A stretch of 64,000 nt of DNA from Octopus vulgaris. Taxonomy: Eukaryota. The notes under the pieces are model-generated. The model had not been told where the DNA came from, did no database searches, and saw only the letters and a list, made by a program, of their open reading frames with translations. Below, in pieces: positions 1 through 14,700 of this stretch (position 1 is its first letter; each line of letters starts with the position of its first letter). Made by a program: the position numbers and the translations under genes. The DNA lies in assembly GCA_951406725.2 (NCBI GenBank), contig OX597816.1:159464001-159528000 (forward strand), written 5' to 3'.

Positions 1-589
1 CAACTCCGAATTTGTATGAATATTGAAATCTACTACAGGAATTTAGTTGTGGTGGAAAACTTTACTCTAGCATCCCTCAGATCACCATGCTATCGAAAAT
101 ATGGCAAACACTTGCGAAAGACTGGGACCCTATTTACTCCATTTACTTCACGTCATGAACCCACAGCTCTCGGATGCCTCTCATTTCTTTCTTTCTTTCT
201 TTTTTTTCTTTTTTTCGAAACCTTTCCATTGACTAAACACAAAGGCTTTCATATATTTTAAAGCTGAGAAAAAGGTAAGCTCTAATGTTCATGATTTTCC
301 TTCGTGGACTAATGGCGCAAGAAATGAAACAGAGTGAAAATATGTCTAGCTATAAACTTGCATTTTCAATGATATATTTCTATAATTCCAAAGATATGAA
401 CCTTGTAACTGATTGCTATCTATAAATATAATGCTTTCTGCCAAGTCAAATCGTGAACTGCAAGCGCTATTTAAGTATAAGATATGTCAGATCAATTCAG
501 GTCATAGTGAGCCGAGTTTACAATCCTGCAGCAACAACATTATAAAATGGATGAAATGAGTCCCTCCACGGTCGTTCAACATTTATAAA

Positions 590-1290
590 CGGGTCCAGTA
601 AATTCACCATTGTAAATTTATAGCCGTTAAATTACATTGCAGTAAATACACCTACCATCTTCAATTTCATTGCCTGTAATTTCATCGCTAAATAATTGCA
701 TTGTTGGCCAATACATCGTTACTATTGTTTAAAGTATTTTTTCTATTTGCAGAGTGAATACCTTGCATTTCATTAAAGGCGATAAAGATATTCAAACACG
801 AATGTATTAATATCAAATTTAATCAATTTTTACATGGACTACAAAAAATAACGAAAACAAATTCAAATTACTTTTCAAAATAGAATCATAAAAATATAAA
901 TATGGTAAAAAGATAATGTTGCTTTAAGTTAGAAGAAGAAACCTTTTAAAAAGAAATTGCAAGCAAAGTCTTTTAAATAATCTAAAATTTCAAGATTTTG
1001 GTATTCATTGATAATGTGTTGAATTCACGCTGCACTACCTTCGTAATATTTCATTTAACATCATCCAATATCCACACCAAAGCAATGCACTCTTCAATTA
1101 CTCGTTTCTTGATTACTTCGTTTTTTCCCCCAGGATGTCTAACATTTGCAGATCGTAGGATGGGATACCTCGGTCAACCCCCGGAGTATTCGATGTCAGT
1201 CTTCACGAGAATTGGTCTGCAGCCAAACAAATCCGATGTGTATGGCCTGCAAACAAATGCACATGTCTGTCATGAATAGCAAAATAAACA
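590..1290 (-). mobile_element. Decayed Mutator-like (MULE) DNA transposon 3' end: transposase C-terminal remnant plus terminal repeat region
   Basis: Minus-strand translation near 945-1030 reads IQHIINEYQNLEILDYLKDFACNF, resembling the 'LDYLRxIAxNF' end of animal MULE transposases. 590-720 has ~15-bp spaced aattcacc/aatttcatcgc subterminal repeats. Confidence 0.5.
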
Positions 1291-1325
1291 GTATTTCTTT
1301 TTTCAGATATAAAAATATATATTTA

Positions 1326-1663
1326 CTAGCAGTATAGCCCAACGTTGCTCGGGTTTATTTTCTTTTCGACCCTTTAGAATTGGAAATACACCGAAAAATG
1401 GCGACACAGCAGTAAAAAAATCGTAAAAAATAGAGATTTTCATAGCAAAAAAGCACCTTTTTGTTGTAAGTAATTTTTGGTCTTAACATGGTCTGATTTG
1501 AATTTTTTCTTCTACGGAATAAAGAGCAAGCGTTCTTCTCTCATACTCTTAATTTTGGTCAACTTGCGCCGCAGGGTCTCGGAGTAGATAGTGTTAGTTG
1601 AAGGCTACCAAACCTGCCACACACACACACACACACAGACAACTTCAGCTTTATATATAAAGA
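1326..1663 (-). mobile_element. Non-autonomous Helitron
   Basis: On the minus strand it starts TCTTTATATATAA and ends with a GC-rich hairpin (cccgagcaacgttgggc) then CTAG, inserted between A and T with no TSD. Termini are shared with the 26345 and 30985 copies. Confidence 0.75.
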
Positions 1664-2759
1664 TTATGCTTATAAAAATTATATAGCGTGTGTGTGTGTG
1701 TGTGTGTGTGACCTCTCGGCGTCGTTTGACAACCGGTAGAATCTTTGAACTTCTCGGCATCAAGATCTAAAATGCAAGATCTATCCCACCCTGATGACGG
1801 TGGCTCGTCTTAGCCTATGTTAATTGCTTCTATTGTGATGGACTACATCTACCAATATTATGATGGATCTCTGAGCCCACAAAAACAGCTGTTGGACTTA
1901 TAACACCTTTCTTCTTCCCCTTTAATTTTCTCTGTCATTTGTACTCTGTGTAAGCTGGATCTATTAATATAAGTATCTATATATTTACATTTAAATATTA
2001 ATCGTCTGAAAGTGCCCACTTTTTGCTTTCTCTCGTTGCGTATGTATACACACATATACATATTTTTATCCGCATAATTGCCTCTACATGATCCCTCTTA
2101 TTGCCTTAAAATTGATCCCATGTAAAGACATCGGGGTCTAAGTCTCAATCACTTGAGCACTACTTGAGAATCTCTGGATCTCATCCGTGGACTATATATG
2201 CGTGTGTGTGTGTATGTGTGTGTGCGTGTGCGCACCTGTGTATTATATATATAAGGAAAATAAGACAAGGTCTATATATATATATAACAAAGTGGAGTTG
2301 TAGGGTACCGCACGAGTGGAATTATATACGAAAGAAGGTTTGAAAATACAATTTTAAAAGATGTTTATTTACTTTACCGGTTTCACTCTTTGGAAATTGC
2401 GCAATTGTTCGTACGAAAGGGTCCTGGCTGCTTAATAAAGACTTGTTAGTCCATCGGCAAAAAAATAAATAAATAACACCTTGTAGCATTTTACGTACTG
2501 AGTTCAAATCCCGCCGAGATAAATTTCCCTTTTATTTATCCTGCTTTCAAAATTGCTGGCCCTGACCTAAGCTGGGAACCAATGGAGAAGTAGTTGTAGA
2601 ATCGCTAAAGCATCGGACAAAATACCTCGCGGTATTTTTTTCTGGTTCTTCAAGTTCTGAGTTCAAATTCTGCTAAAGTCAACGTTCCCTTTTGGAGTCG
2701 ATGAAATAAAGAACTCGTCAAGTACGAGGGTTTATGCCACGTATATTTGTTTTCTTCTT

Positions 2760-3155
2760 TCTTTTTTCAGTTATTAGACAGCAGCCATGATGGGGCACCA
2801 CCTTGTAAGATTTTTGTCGAACAAATCCACCTCAGAACTTATGTTTGTATTTTTTATTGATTTCATTTTTAGCCAGATACTTATTTTATCGGACTCATTT
2901 GCCGAACCGCTAACTTACGGGGGACGTAAAGAAACCGAAACCGGTTGCCAAGCAGTGAGGGTGGATGAATGATAAGAACAAAGACGCTTACACATACACA
3001 CACACAACGGGCTTCCACACAAGTTACCGTCTAGTAAATTCACTCACAAGGCATTGGTCGGCCTGGGGCTTTAGTAGAAACATTTGTCCAAGATACCACG
3101 CGAGGGGATTGAACCCGAAACCACATGTTGGCAAAGCGAGCTTCTTAACCACTCA
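2760..3155 (-). mobile_element. tRNA-derived SINE (family A), diverged
   Basis: Similar to the 30561-30971 copy: tRNA-like head, internal (CA)n, and tail ggtgccccatcatggctgc. Confidence 0.7.
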
Positions 3156-3573
3156 ATCACCCACTGAATATGTGCATGTTCATATATAACTTTATTTGTT
3201 ACTAATGGCTAAAATATTTTTGAGTTCTGGAAATTTACCTTGCTCTGGATCTTTTCGTTCTGGACCTTTCCGTTCCGAGTCCAATTTCCTGTGTTCTGCT
3301 TGAGTGGTAAATCTCATTTGTTACCCGGTTTAACATCACCACCACCACCACCACCACCACTGAGACCTTGGGTACATGTAGCTGGATCCATTTTGTTGCA
3401 ACTATTCAAGTCAGGTCTCTGGTTTGGGGATACCTTTACCCTTCCCGCCTGCCCAGCAGTCTTGAATCCTTTAAAAAAGATTATGGACGCTCATATTCCT
3501 CTAGGTAAAGCGTTAAACACAACGTTCTGTTACTGGATTTTAGCTACCTGAGCCAACAAAAGATTTTGTATAT

Positions 3574-3700
3574 CAGGGGTCCCCGGGCTGCGGACCAGTA
3601 TCGAACCGTGGATCATTTGGTACCGGGCTGCACAGAAAGAATACTTAAATTTTATTTCTATTTTGTTAACTATCGCAATCTGCTCGGTGGTTTTGCATTA
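3574..3700 (+). mobile_element. hAT-like MITE left end
   Basis: caggggtccccgggctgcggaccagt resembles Charlie/hAT termini; no right end found. Confidence 0.35.
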
Positions 3701-3717
3701 TGTGTATTTTATAAATG

Positions 3718-3718
<1 letters not shown>

Positions 3719-3776
<58 letters not shown>

Positions 3777-4107
3777 CATATATGTATATATATATATACA
3801 TATGTATATATATATACATATGTATACATATATACACATATATATATATATACATATGTATATATACATACATATGTACACACATATACACACATATACA
3901 TATGTATATATATATACATATGTATACATATATATATATGTGTATATACATATACATATGTATATATATATACATATGTATACATATATATATATGTATA
4001 TACATATACATAAGTATATATATATATACATATGTATACATATATATATGTATATACATATGTATATGTATATACATATATATGTATATACATATATATG
4101 TATATAC

Positions 4108-4183
<76 letters not shown>

Positions 4184-4185
4184 GA
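3719..4185. repeat. (TA)n microsatellite with TACA/TATG variants
   Basis: Directly visible. Confidence 0.98.
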
Positions 4186-4267
4186 TTGATTGATTGATTC
4201 CAGTTTCAGCTTATGAGCTGTGGCCATGCTGGGGCACCGCCATTTGGTGTTGCTACTTGGTTTCACT

Positions 4268-5845
4268 TCATGGAGGCTTTCTAGCAACTGCTATTTGGTG
4301 CATGAGAGAGTTCGATGCAGCTGCCCTCATCTGCCCCTCCTGCCGTGAAGTTGGTTCATCTGGGACACCTGACAGGAAGAGATCCAGCTCCATTTTAAAG
4401 ACATCTGTATCCACCCCATGCAGGTCTCTCAGGTTCATCGGGAGGATATTGAAGAGCTGTGGGCCTCGGAAGCCCAGGCTATCACAGAATCTTGTCCTAC
4501 ATCTTGATGGCAAGTTTGGAGTCCTAGGCACCACGCAGTGGCGCCCAGTTCTGATGTTTGCGTAACTCTCGATGCCAAAGTTCAGGACACTTCCCTCCAG
4601 GATCTTCCAGATGTATATTATGGCATATCTTTCCCGCCTACGCTCCAGGGAATATAATTTTAATCTCTTGAGTCTTTCCCAGTAGCTTACATTCTGCATA
4701 GAGGCTATCTTCTTCGTGTAGCTTCGTTGGATCGCCTCAAGTTCTGTGATCAACTTGACACTGGATGGTGACCATAGCTGAGAGCAATAGTCAAAGTGAC
4801 TTAGGACAAGTGTCTTCCAGAGGACCATCATGGTTTCTTGTTCTCTTGTTCTAAAGGTTCTAAGAATCCATCCAGCCAGCCGTCTGCATTTCATTGTCAG
4901 TTTAGCAACATGTACATGAAAGGTCGCGTCATCACTCATGTGAATACCCAGGTCACGCACTGATTGTGCCTCTGGGATTGCAATCCCTCCGGGTCCAGTG
5001 TATTCCTTGGGTATTGCATTCAGTTTTGCATGCTGATAGTATAAAGCTTGAAACTTTTCAGCATTGAACTGCATGCTATTCTTTTCAGCCCACTTGTATA
5101 TTTCGTCCAGCTCATATTGCAGGTGCCTAGTGTCTTCAGGGTTCTGTATTGCCTGTGAAACTTTTGTATCATCTGCATAACTTGTGATCGTGGCTCTCCG
5201 CGTGGCTGAGGGCATGTCTGAGAGGGCCATTATGAACAGTAGTGGTCCCAAAACAGTGCCCTGTGGAACACCGCTCACTATTTGCGTGCTAATGGAAGTG
5301 GCCCCATTGGCTACTACCACCTGACTTCTATTCTTCAGAAAGTCGTGAAGCCATTCTCCTAGTTTTCCAACTATGCCAAGATCACGCAGTTTGTGACATA
5401 TCATTCCATGATCGACTTTATCGAAGGCCTTTGCGAAGTCGAGATATATGACTTCCACATTTGAGTGGTTGAGCAGTTGTTTCAGCACCCAGTCATAGTG
5501 CTGCAGGAGCTGAGTTAAGCAGCTTCTTCCTGGTCGGAAACCATGTTGGGTGTCAGGCAGCAAGTCATTTTCTTCAAGGAAGGTGATTAGTTTCCTTCTG
5601 ACTATTCGTTCCATGACCTTGCTGATGTGTGAGGTCAGAGAGATAGGTCTGTAGTTCTTGGCCTCCGCTCTGCTACCTCCTTTATGAATAGGGCATATTT
5701 TACCTTCCTTCAGTTTTCTTGGAAGTTTGCCAGCTGCAAGGAAGCTCTGAAAGAGGAACTGCAGTGGTCTTGCTAAGACTCTCTTACATACTTTTAGGAG
5801 GATTGCCGGGAATCCATCGGGGCCAATAGCTGAGTCTATTTTCAT
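4268..5845 (-). CDS. LINE ORF2 reverse transcriptase part (C-terminal; continuous with 5914-7371 after a 1-nt frameshift near 5963)
   Basis: Motifs [53 protein letters not shown] and RDLG. The frame stays open upstream (HFQISNPTDFF...[10 protein letters not shown]). Confidence 0.93.
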   Translation of the reverse strand: MKIDSAIGPDGFPAILLKVCKRVLARPLQFLFQSFLAAGKLPRKLKEGKICPIHKGGSRAEAKNYRPISLTSHISKVMERIVRRKLITFLEENDLLPDTQHGFRPGRSCLTQLLQHYDWVLKQLLNHSNVEVIYLDFAKAFDKVDHGMICHKLRDLGIVGKLGEWLHDFLKNRSQVVVANGATSISTQIVSGVPQGTVLGPLLFIMALSDMPSATRRATITSYADDTKVSQAIQNPEDTRHLQYELDEIYKWAEKNSMQFNAEKFQALYYQHAKLNAIPKEYTGPGGIAIPEAQSVRDLGIHMSDDATFHVHVAKLTMKCRRLAGWILRTFRTREQETMMVLWKTLVLSHFDYCSQLWSPSSVKLITELEAIQRSYTKKIASMQNVSYWERLKRLKLYSLERRRERYAIIYIWKILEGSVLNFGIESYANIRTGRHCVVPRTPNLPSRCRTRFCDSLGFRGPQLFNILPMNLRDLHGVDTDVFKMELDLFLSGVPDEPTSRQEGQMRAAASNSLMHQIAVARKPP

Positions 5846-5913
5846 TTCATCTATAGCCTTTATTACATCGTCTTCCTTTATATCGATGTAATTTAACGTC
5901 GCCGCCTCTGATT

Positions 5914-7371
5914 CTATATCTGCAGTGGTAAAGAAGTCAGTTGGATTGCTGATTTGGAAATGCCCAAGGGTGGAGTGAAAACACTCTTGAATTGTTCATT
6001 CAGTATTTCACTTACCCTCATTGGTTTTCCTGTGAGTGTGCCATCCTTTTCAAGGAGTGGCCCTATCCTACAGTGCACCGTAGCTGTTTCTTTGGCATAC
6101 CTGTAGAAAGCTCTGGGGTTAGTTTTTATGTTGTCTATAGCCCAGGCTTCTTTGTCTGCTCTTTCCTTCTCATGGGAGAGTTGCAGACAATTTTCAATTT
6201 CCAACAGTTTTATTTTCAGGCGGGACTTTTCACTGCTTTCAATTTGTTTGTTTAGGCGATTTGAGATTTTTGTGCGCCGTCTCATTAAAATTTTTCTCTC
6301 TCTGGGGATTTTGTTCTTGTGTACAGTGGCCTTTCTCTCTGGGACACATTTGTAGCATATGGCTTGCATTACAGACATGAATTGTTGAAGTATCATGTCG
6401 ATGTCCGGCGAGGAGAGACATTCAGGCCAGTTTTGTTTGAGGATCTCTTTCTCAATTTGTTTCCAGTTTGCCTTATTGAAGTTCAAGCTGGAAAGATTCT
6501 GAGGGTTTCTTGTAGGCTGCATGTCCGTGCTCTCTTTTGGCCCGTACATGGTCAGCTCTACCATGTTGTGATCCGAGAGTAGTGTCGGTGTCACTTTCAC
6601 ATTATGGATGAGATCCATATTATTTGTGAAGCAGAGATCCAGTGTGTTACCCGCTCTGGTTGGTTGGAGTATTACTTGCTCCATGTACAGGGTGTTGGTG
6701 AGGTTCAGGAGGGACCTCGCCTGTCCTCGTTCACATCTTGTCATTCCTGGGAGATAAAGGCCCTCGGGCCATCTGACATTCGGTAGATTGAAGTCTCCCA
6801 TGAGAAGTACACTTATGTGTTGTTCTAATGTGGTTAGAACTTCTTCTATTTTTAAAAGGCAGTCCTCAAACTTGCCCATATGACTTGGGGCATCTGGAGG
6901 GCGATATGTAGCACACACAACTACATCAAGTTGCCTTATGTGTACAATTAGTGTGTCACACACCGAGTTTGAGTATGACAAAAGGACCTGGGGTGTGAGA
7001 TCCCCACGGATGTACATAGCAACTCCTCCATGACTTCTTTCTTTCCTGTCGGTCCGTAGTACAACATACTGTGGTATGTGTAATTCCGCATCTGCTATGT
7101 CCGGTTTCAGATGCGTTTCTGTGAGTGCTATGCATAAGGCTTGATTGCATGCGACAAAGTCACTCAGGAACGGGACTTTTGTCCTGTTACTGTGTGTTAG
7201 TAGTCCTCTGATGTTCAGTAGGAGCATCGAGGTGAGGCGTATGCTGTTGCCGGTGGTGTCCACCCTGGGTCCATCTGCTGTGGCGGTCTTGTGAACCGTG
7301 GGCAGTTCCATCTGCGAGCCTGAGCCTGATGGAGCCAGGTTAGCTGCTGTACAATCTTTTGTGCCATGCAC
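5914..7371 (-). CDS. LINE ORF2 apurinic-like (APE/EEP) endonuclease part
   Basis: Motifs LNIRGL, IALTETHL, RTDR...GGVAMY, YRPP, MGDFNLP, PTRAGNTLDLCF and SDH. Confidence 0.93.
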   Translation of the reverse strand: MHGTKDCTAANLAPSGSGSQMELPTVHKTATADGPRVDTTGNSIRLTSMLLLNIRGLLTHSNRTKVPFLSDFVACNQALCIALTETHLKPDIADAELHIPQYVVLRTDRKERSHGGVAMYIRGDLTPQVLLSYSNSVCDTLIVHIRQLDVVVCATYRPPDAPSHMGKFEDCLLKIEEVLTTLEQHISVLLMGDFNLPNVRWPEGLYLPGMTRCERGQARSLLNLTNTLYMEQVILQPTRAGNTLDLCFTNNMDLIHNVKVTPTLLSDHNMVELTMYGPKESTDMQPTRNPQNLSSLNFNKANWKQIEKEILKQNWPECLSSPDIDMILQQFMSVMQAICYKCVPERKATVHKNKIPRERKILMRRRTKISNRLNKQIESSEKSRLKIKLLEIENCLQLSHEKERADKEAWAIDNIKTNPRAFYRYAKETATVHCRIGPLLEKDGTLTGKPMRVSEILNEQFKSVFTPPLGISKSAIQLTSLPLQI

Positions 7372-7988
7372 AAAAAAGATTCCTGCTCAGCAGCTGCCCT
7401 TTCAACAACACGTTGGTGGTTTGTGGTACGCACCACATCTGCGTACCTCCGTTTTGGGGCCGGTGATGCGTGGTCCATCCCATTTCCTTTCGGTGGTTGG
7501 TTTCTGTGGCAGGGTCCCGGATGTGCAAAGCGGCAGCCTGCACCTTCCTCTCCATGCCGGCAGGCACCTTTCAGGTAGAACCTACATACCCGTGTGCGCT
7601 GCTTGTTTCCATCCTTTTTGGCATATGGACAGTTAGGTTTGCCTCTATCCCTGGCTGCCTTGCCCCTTGGCTTTGTCTGAGTTTTAGCTTCAGTTTTTCC
7701 TCTTTTTTTGGCCTCTTCATCTCCATGTCCATGGCTTTTGGTGCCGGTAGGAGCATCCGTACCTGGGTTCACCTCCCGGGCAGGCCTCTCGCTGGAGTTT
7801 TCTTCCTGGGCGTCCACCAGGTGGGGGTGACCCTCCTCATCTGCGCCCGCGTCTCCATCCTTGCCATCTTTACTTTGTTCGCGTTTTTCGCTGTTAAAAA
7901 TGGCATCCAGTGTGTTTATGTGCGATCTGACAAGTGCGTATGAGCGTACGAACTCTTGCCTCTTCCGCTCTATTTGTGCTGACGTCCT
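7215..7988 (-). CDS. LINE ORF1 (CCCH zinc-finger protein), N-terminally truncated
   Basis: [26 protein letters not shown] finger and a basic disordered region. The frame is open from the (TA)n junction at 7988 ([23 protein letters not shown]...) and overlaps the ORF2 frame. Confidence 0.8.
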   Translation of the reverse strand, partial: RTSAQIERKRQEFVRSYALVRSHINTLDAIFNSEKREQSKDGKDGDAGADEEGHPHLVDAQEENSSERPAREVNPGTDAPTGTKSHGHGDEEAKKRGKTEAKTQTKPRGKAARDRGKPNCPYAKKDGNKQRTRVCRFYLKGACRHGEEGAGCRFAHPGPCHRNQPPKGNGMDHASPAPKRRYADVVRTTNHQRVVERAAAEQESFLCMAQKIVQQLTWLHQAQARRWNCPRFTRPPQQMDPGWTPPATAYASPRCSY

Positions 7989-7990
7989 TT

Positions 7991-8053
7991 ATATATACAT
8001 ATATATATGTATATATATATACATATATATATGTATATATATATATACATATG

Positions 8054-8084
<31 letters not shown>

Positions 8085-8099
8085 GTATATATATGTATA

Positions 8100-8182
<83 letters not shown>

Positions 8183-8334
8183 GTATATATATATATGTAT
8201 ATATATATGTATATATATATATATATGTATATATATATGTATATATATATGTATATATATATATATGTATATATATATATGTATATATATGTATGTATAT
8301 ATATGTATATATATATATATATATGTATATATAT
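7991..8334. repeat. (TA)n/(TATG) microsatellite between two LINEs
   Basis: Directly visible. Confidence 0.98.
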
Positions 8335-9502
8335 GGAGAGTGGCTGCACAACTTCCTAAAAGACAGAAAACAGGCAGTTGTGAGCAATGGAGCCACCTCC
8401 AGGGAAACGCAAATAACAAGCGGTGTCCCACAGGGCACTGTCTTGGGGCCACTGATGTTCATAGTGGCCCTTTCAGACATGCCTTCAGTTGCTACGATGA
8501 CCACCCTTGCTAGCTATGCAGATGACACAAAAGTCTCCCACGCAATACAAAACCCTGAAAATATTGCGCATCTGCAACATGAGCTGGACACAATATACAG
8601 GTGGGCTGAGGACAACAACATGCAGTTTAATGCAGGTAAGTTCCAGGCCCTGCGCTACTGGCACACAAAGGTAAATGACGTGAAGACTGGATACACTGGC
8701 CCAGGAAGAATTGCAATCCCTGAGTCAAAATCAGTGCGTGACCTGGGCATTGACATGAGCAATGATGCATCTTTCCAAATGCATATTGCTAATCTGGTGA
8801 TAAAATGCAGACGGCTAGCTGGATGGATTCTCCGAACTTTCAGAACAAGAGAGAAGGAGACACTGATGGTCCTATGGAAAACATTTGTCCTCAGCCGCTT
8901 GGACTACTGCTCCCAACTTTGGTCACCACACAATATAAAACAAACAGCAGAACTCGAAGCAACTCAGAGAAGCTACACAAAGAAAATCGTCTCAATGCAA
9001 AATGTCAGCTACTGGGAAAGACTGAAGGTATTAAACCTCTTCTCCCTGGAGCGGAGGCGGGAGAGATATGCAGTGATATACATCTGGAAAATCCTGGAGG
9101 GTCTTGTCCCAAACTTTGGCATTCAAAGTTACTCCAACCGCAGAACGGGCGCCGCTGCGTGGTGCCAAGGATTCCAACATCACCATCAAAATACAGGTCC
9201 AGATACTGCAACAGCTTGGGTTTCAGAGGACCACAGCTCTTTAACATCCTCCCTAAATGCCTGAGAGACTTACATGGTGTGGATGTGGGTTTCTTTAAAA
9301 CTAAACTGGATCTCTTCTTGTTGGGAGTCCCAGATGAACCTACCTCACGACAGGAGACACGGATGCGGGCAGCAGCATCGAACTCCCTTGTTGATCAAGT
9401 GCCACGTATCAGAGGTGGATTCACAAACTAGTGTAGCTCATTCAGCGGTGGTGCCCCAGCATGTATGCCTTCGGGCTATATCATTTTTAAGGATTTAAGG
9501 AT

Positions 9503-9505
<3 letters not shown>
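8335..9505 (+). mobile_element. 5'-truncated CR1-group LINE (RT C-terminal half), sister family of the 4186-7990 element
   Basis: [33 protein letters not shown], then [10 protein letters not shown]...PDEP...RAAASNSL with a stop at 9431. There is one frameshift near 9148. The 3' end is ggtgccccagcatg followed by a (TTTAAGGA)n tail. Confidence 0.92.
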
Positions 9506-11268
<1,763 letters not shown>

Positions 11269-11470
11269 AAAAGGAGGTGAGCTAGCAGAATCGTTAACAT
11301 GCCGGGCAAAATGCTTAGCGGCATTTCATCCGCCTTCAAGTTTTGAAACTTTATCTTTCCCCCTTTCAGATGAAAACGGCTTACACCCTCCAATGAGATT
11401 GCTGGAAACCAATAAATGAATGAATAAATGAATGTATGTATGTATGCTTGTGGGTACATTTAAATTTATG

Positions 11471-11506
<36 letters not shown>

Positions 11507-12667
11507 TATGTATGTAGGGATGTGCAAATGTATGTGTATGTATACATCTGTGTGTGCCTGCAAATGCATGTATGCATGCGCGCGTGCGTGCGTGCGTGCG
11601 TGTGTGTGTGTAATAATTAAATTATATATAATTGCACTTTGCGCTACAGTCCGTGGAAAAAAACTGTCTTGTATAAAACTTTCCATTGTGCAAAAAAGAT
11701 TGGAGACCACCGTTGTACATGGCTGCTCAACCTGCTAGAAAAAAGAAACCAACCAAATCTCCTTCAAATTAAATCTCAACGTTTTAAACAAACAATATAT
11801 TATATAACGGAGTCCTAGATACTCTTAAAATGACCAGACGAGCAGGGATGGCATGTTTCTGATCATAGATGCTTTTATTCACTCAAGTTGATTACTTATA
11901 GTTAAAATGAAAGAGATATTTTAATGGCCGCCAGATTTCTAGTTATACTAAACACGCAGTAAAACAGAAAAGAAAAGAAAATGGCTGCACGTTTCTGACC
12001 TCATTTATTTTCCCAAGTCGTTGATCTCACGGCCAGCTACTGACATTAGTAACATAAACACGTGATACAAGGTTCATAGTTAATGCTGTCGCTTATTCCC
12101 AAACATTCGTTCATATCAGTCAGAGATTTATAGTTGCTGAAATAAAAGAAGTCGAATTTCTTTCAGCAAGTCCATTGTTAAAAGTTAATATTGATATATC
12201 ACCTGCTTAAAATACAGAAATCAAGTTTATTAATAGATTCCTTTTTCCCAAACCTGTCTGACCAGCAATCTGCATTTGAGAAAACTTAATTCCTTTCAGG
12301 ATATCAACAATAGAATTTAATTTTTTTATTCTTCAAAGCAAAATTAAGTATTCTTTTCGCTTTCTATAAATATTTAACATTACTATGCATCTGGGAAACT
12401 AGTTTTGTCTCTTGATTTCGGCTGAATTATAATCAAATTTGGCAGTTAAATCAATGCACTTCATACTAATTTTAACTGCGCAGATGTGATACAGGATTTT
12501 TAAAGAAAGCTGCAGCTGGGAACGGGGGTGTTAAATTATGCATTATACGTGTTATTTATATAAGATCTGATTATATCCTTAAAATAGTTTTAAATAGCAT
12601 TTCTATTTATAAATTATAAGACTAAATATAGACTCATATTTTGCGTTCTATTCATCCTATCAGCACC

Positions 12668-12723
<56 letters not shown>

Positions 12724-12961
12724 GAGTTAAGTTGTGGAGTAGGTAAGTACGTGTTAATACATGGAAGATTCAATCAGAATGTGTGCCTACTTGGTTGCCT
12801 ACCGTGAAATATAAAAAGAACTTTTTCCAATTTATTGTAACTCGTTAAGAAAAAAAATCCACAACTTTCCATCTCAATAAACACTAATGTCCCTGAAAGT
12901 TGTTTTTTATATTTACTACGGATTGCTTGAAGTTAACTTTCTTCCTACACCTTGAATCTTA

Positions 12962-13013
<52 letters not shown>

Positions 13014-13234
13014 AATTAAGTATAATTACAATAGTAGAGGGTGCATAATGCGCCTACTTTCTGGAAAGAAAAACTAAATGCTCAAATGAACCACCAAATT
13101 ACGCTGAAATATACAGCAGACTAACAGAAATCGGGCTAGTGAGTAACGATTCTCAGAATCATCACAGACCAAAGCTGTTTCATTCTATAGCTTTCATAAA
13201 ACATCTGTACCTTAATTTAATGAAGGATACCCGA

Positions 13235-14630
13235 CAAGCCACACTGGCAACAAGGCCACCATACGGTCGTTGGTCGACCAAAATGGGTGCACTGTAAACG
13301 AACCCGGTAAAACGTGTGAGGTTCTTCACCAGTATTTCGCCCAGCTATTTAGGACGAGTGGTGGGCCAGAACGCAGGATGAACTTTTCAGACTTCCTTGT
13401 TGGCTTGCCGCGACACTTGATGCGAGAGGTGGAGTGCTGTGAAGGGCCGTTTTCAGCTTCGGAGGAGAGGCCATGTCGGGCTGCGTCGGGGACAAATCGC
13501 CGGTTCTGGATGGTCGACGCCGTGAATTCTTTTACAGTATACTAGACTTGTTTGGGAACCTACTAGCAAGCATATACGCCAACTGGCAGCAGAACGGGAG
13601 TATTTCTAACTCTGTGAGTTGGGAGGCCGTCGTGCTTCTAAGGAAGGACCCAAACAAGGGGACGTAATTGACAATTTCAGGCACATCACTCTGCTCAATG
13701 CAGAGTTGAAGATTTTGACTAAGATGTTAGTTAAGAGGTTGGCGCTTGTCATCGATAAACTGGTTGGGGGAATGGGCGCAAACGTGCGCCTACCCAAACA
13801 GAACCATCCACAACAACCTCCACCTGATGCGCTATACCATAGATAGGGTGGTAGATAATCCTGGTAGAAAATGGAGGCTTTCAAAGGCATTCCGCGTGAT
13901 GTGGGCTACGAGAGGACAGTGTCAGCGTATGCGGACGACATCACCGTCATCGTAACCTGTGACAAACACCTGCTTCTAGTAGGTGGTTCCATAAGGAAGT
14001 ACGGAGTGGTGACGGGAGTAAAAATTAACTGTGAAAAGTCGGTCGGCCTGCAACTCGGCACCTGGAGAGGCAGGTCGACGCCGCCCAACAACCTCGTGGG
14101 ACGGTGGACGGATGTCCCGGTGAAATTGCTCGGCGTATGGTTCGGGCCAGACCTCCAGATAGAGAGAAACAAGGGCGAGGTAGCGAGCAGGGTGGCCAAT
14201 CTTAACCAGAAATGGGCTGAGAGAAAGCCATATCTGAAAGGATGGGCGGACGTGGCGAATGTGTACATCGCATCCGTTATCATTTACCGCTTAACCGTTG
14301 TGCCTTGTCCGAATTCGTGTCTGGTCAAATTGGAGCGCTTACTCTTCCGCTTCCTGTGGAAGGGGTGGAGTCCGCTGGTCAGATGCTCTATCTGCTGTCA
14401 GCTGCCGCTAAACGGAGGGCTTGGCAAGTCTAGGCTAAAAAATGCGTAGACATGCGCTAAGGCTGAGTCATCTCCAGCTCTACCTAGACGGTGAACAGGT
14501 GTGGTCGCCCTTCGTCAAGCTCATCTTCACACAGTTTGCCTCTTTTAGCAAGCTGAACTGGATCAAGTGCAGACCTAAGTTGGGTGCTTGGCAAGCAGAG
14601 TGCCATCAGGCTCTCACGCTTCTCTGCCGT
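13235..14630 (+). pseudogene. Decayed Tx1/L1-clade LINE reverse transcriptase with internal deletion
   Basis: Frameshifted fragments KSPVLDG, DNFRHITLLNAELKILTKMLVKRL, RTIHNNLHL, SAYADDITV, KINCEKS, VKLLGVWF and LPLNGGLG. The central DxxKAFD/GxxQG block is missing at ~13870. Confidence 0.85.
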
Positions 14631-14700
14631 TTTCGGCGTAACCCTAACCATTACTCTAAACGTCGAAAACGGGTGGTGTGCGTATTCTTTACCTTCGCCG
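14627..14700. mobile_element. Half copy of a telomere-repeat-containing MITE
   Basis: ccgttttcggcgtaaccctaacc...gaaaacgggtggtgtgcgtattctttaccttcgccg matches the right part of 24211-24318. Confidence 0.7.

Larger units (their letters stand above)
4186..7990 (-). mobile_element. Near-complete CR1-group (CR1/L2/Crack-like) LINE, 5'-truncated within ORF1
   Basis: ORF1 with a CCCH zinc finger, then an APE endonuclease and RT, a short 3' UTR and an (AATC)n tail at 4186-4199. Both ends abut (TA)n. Confidence 0.92.
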
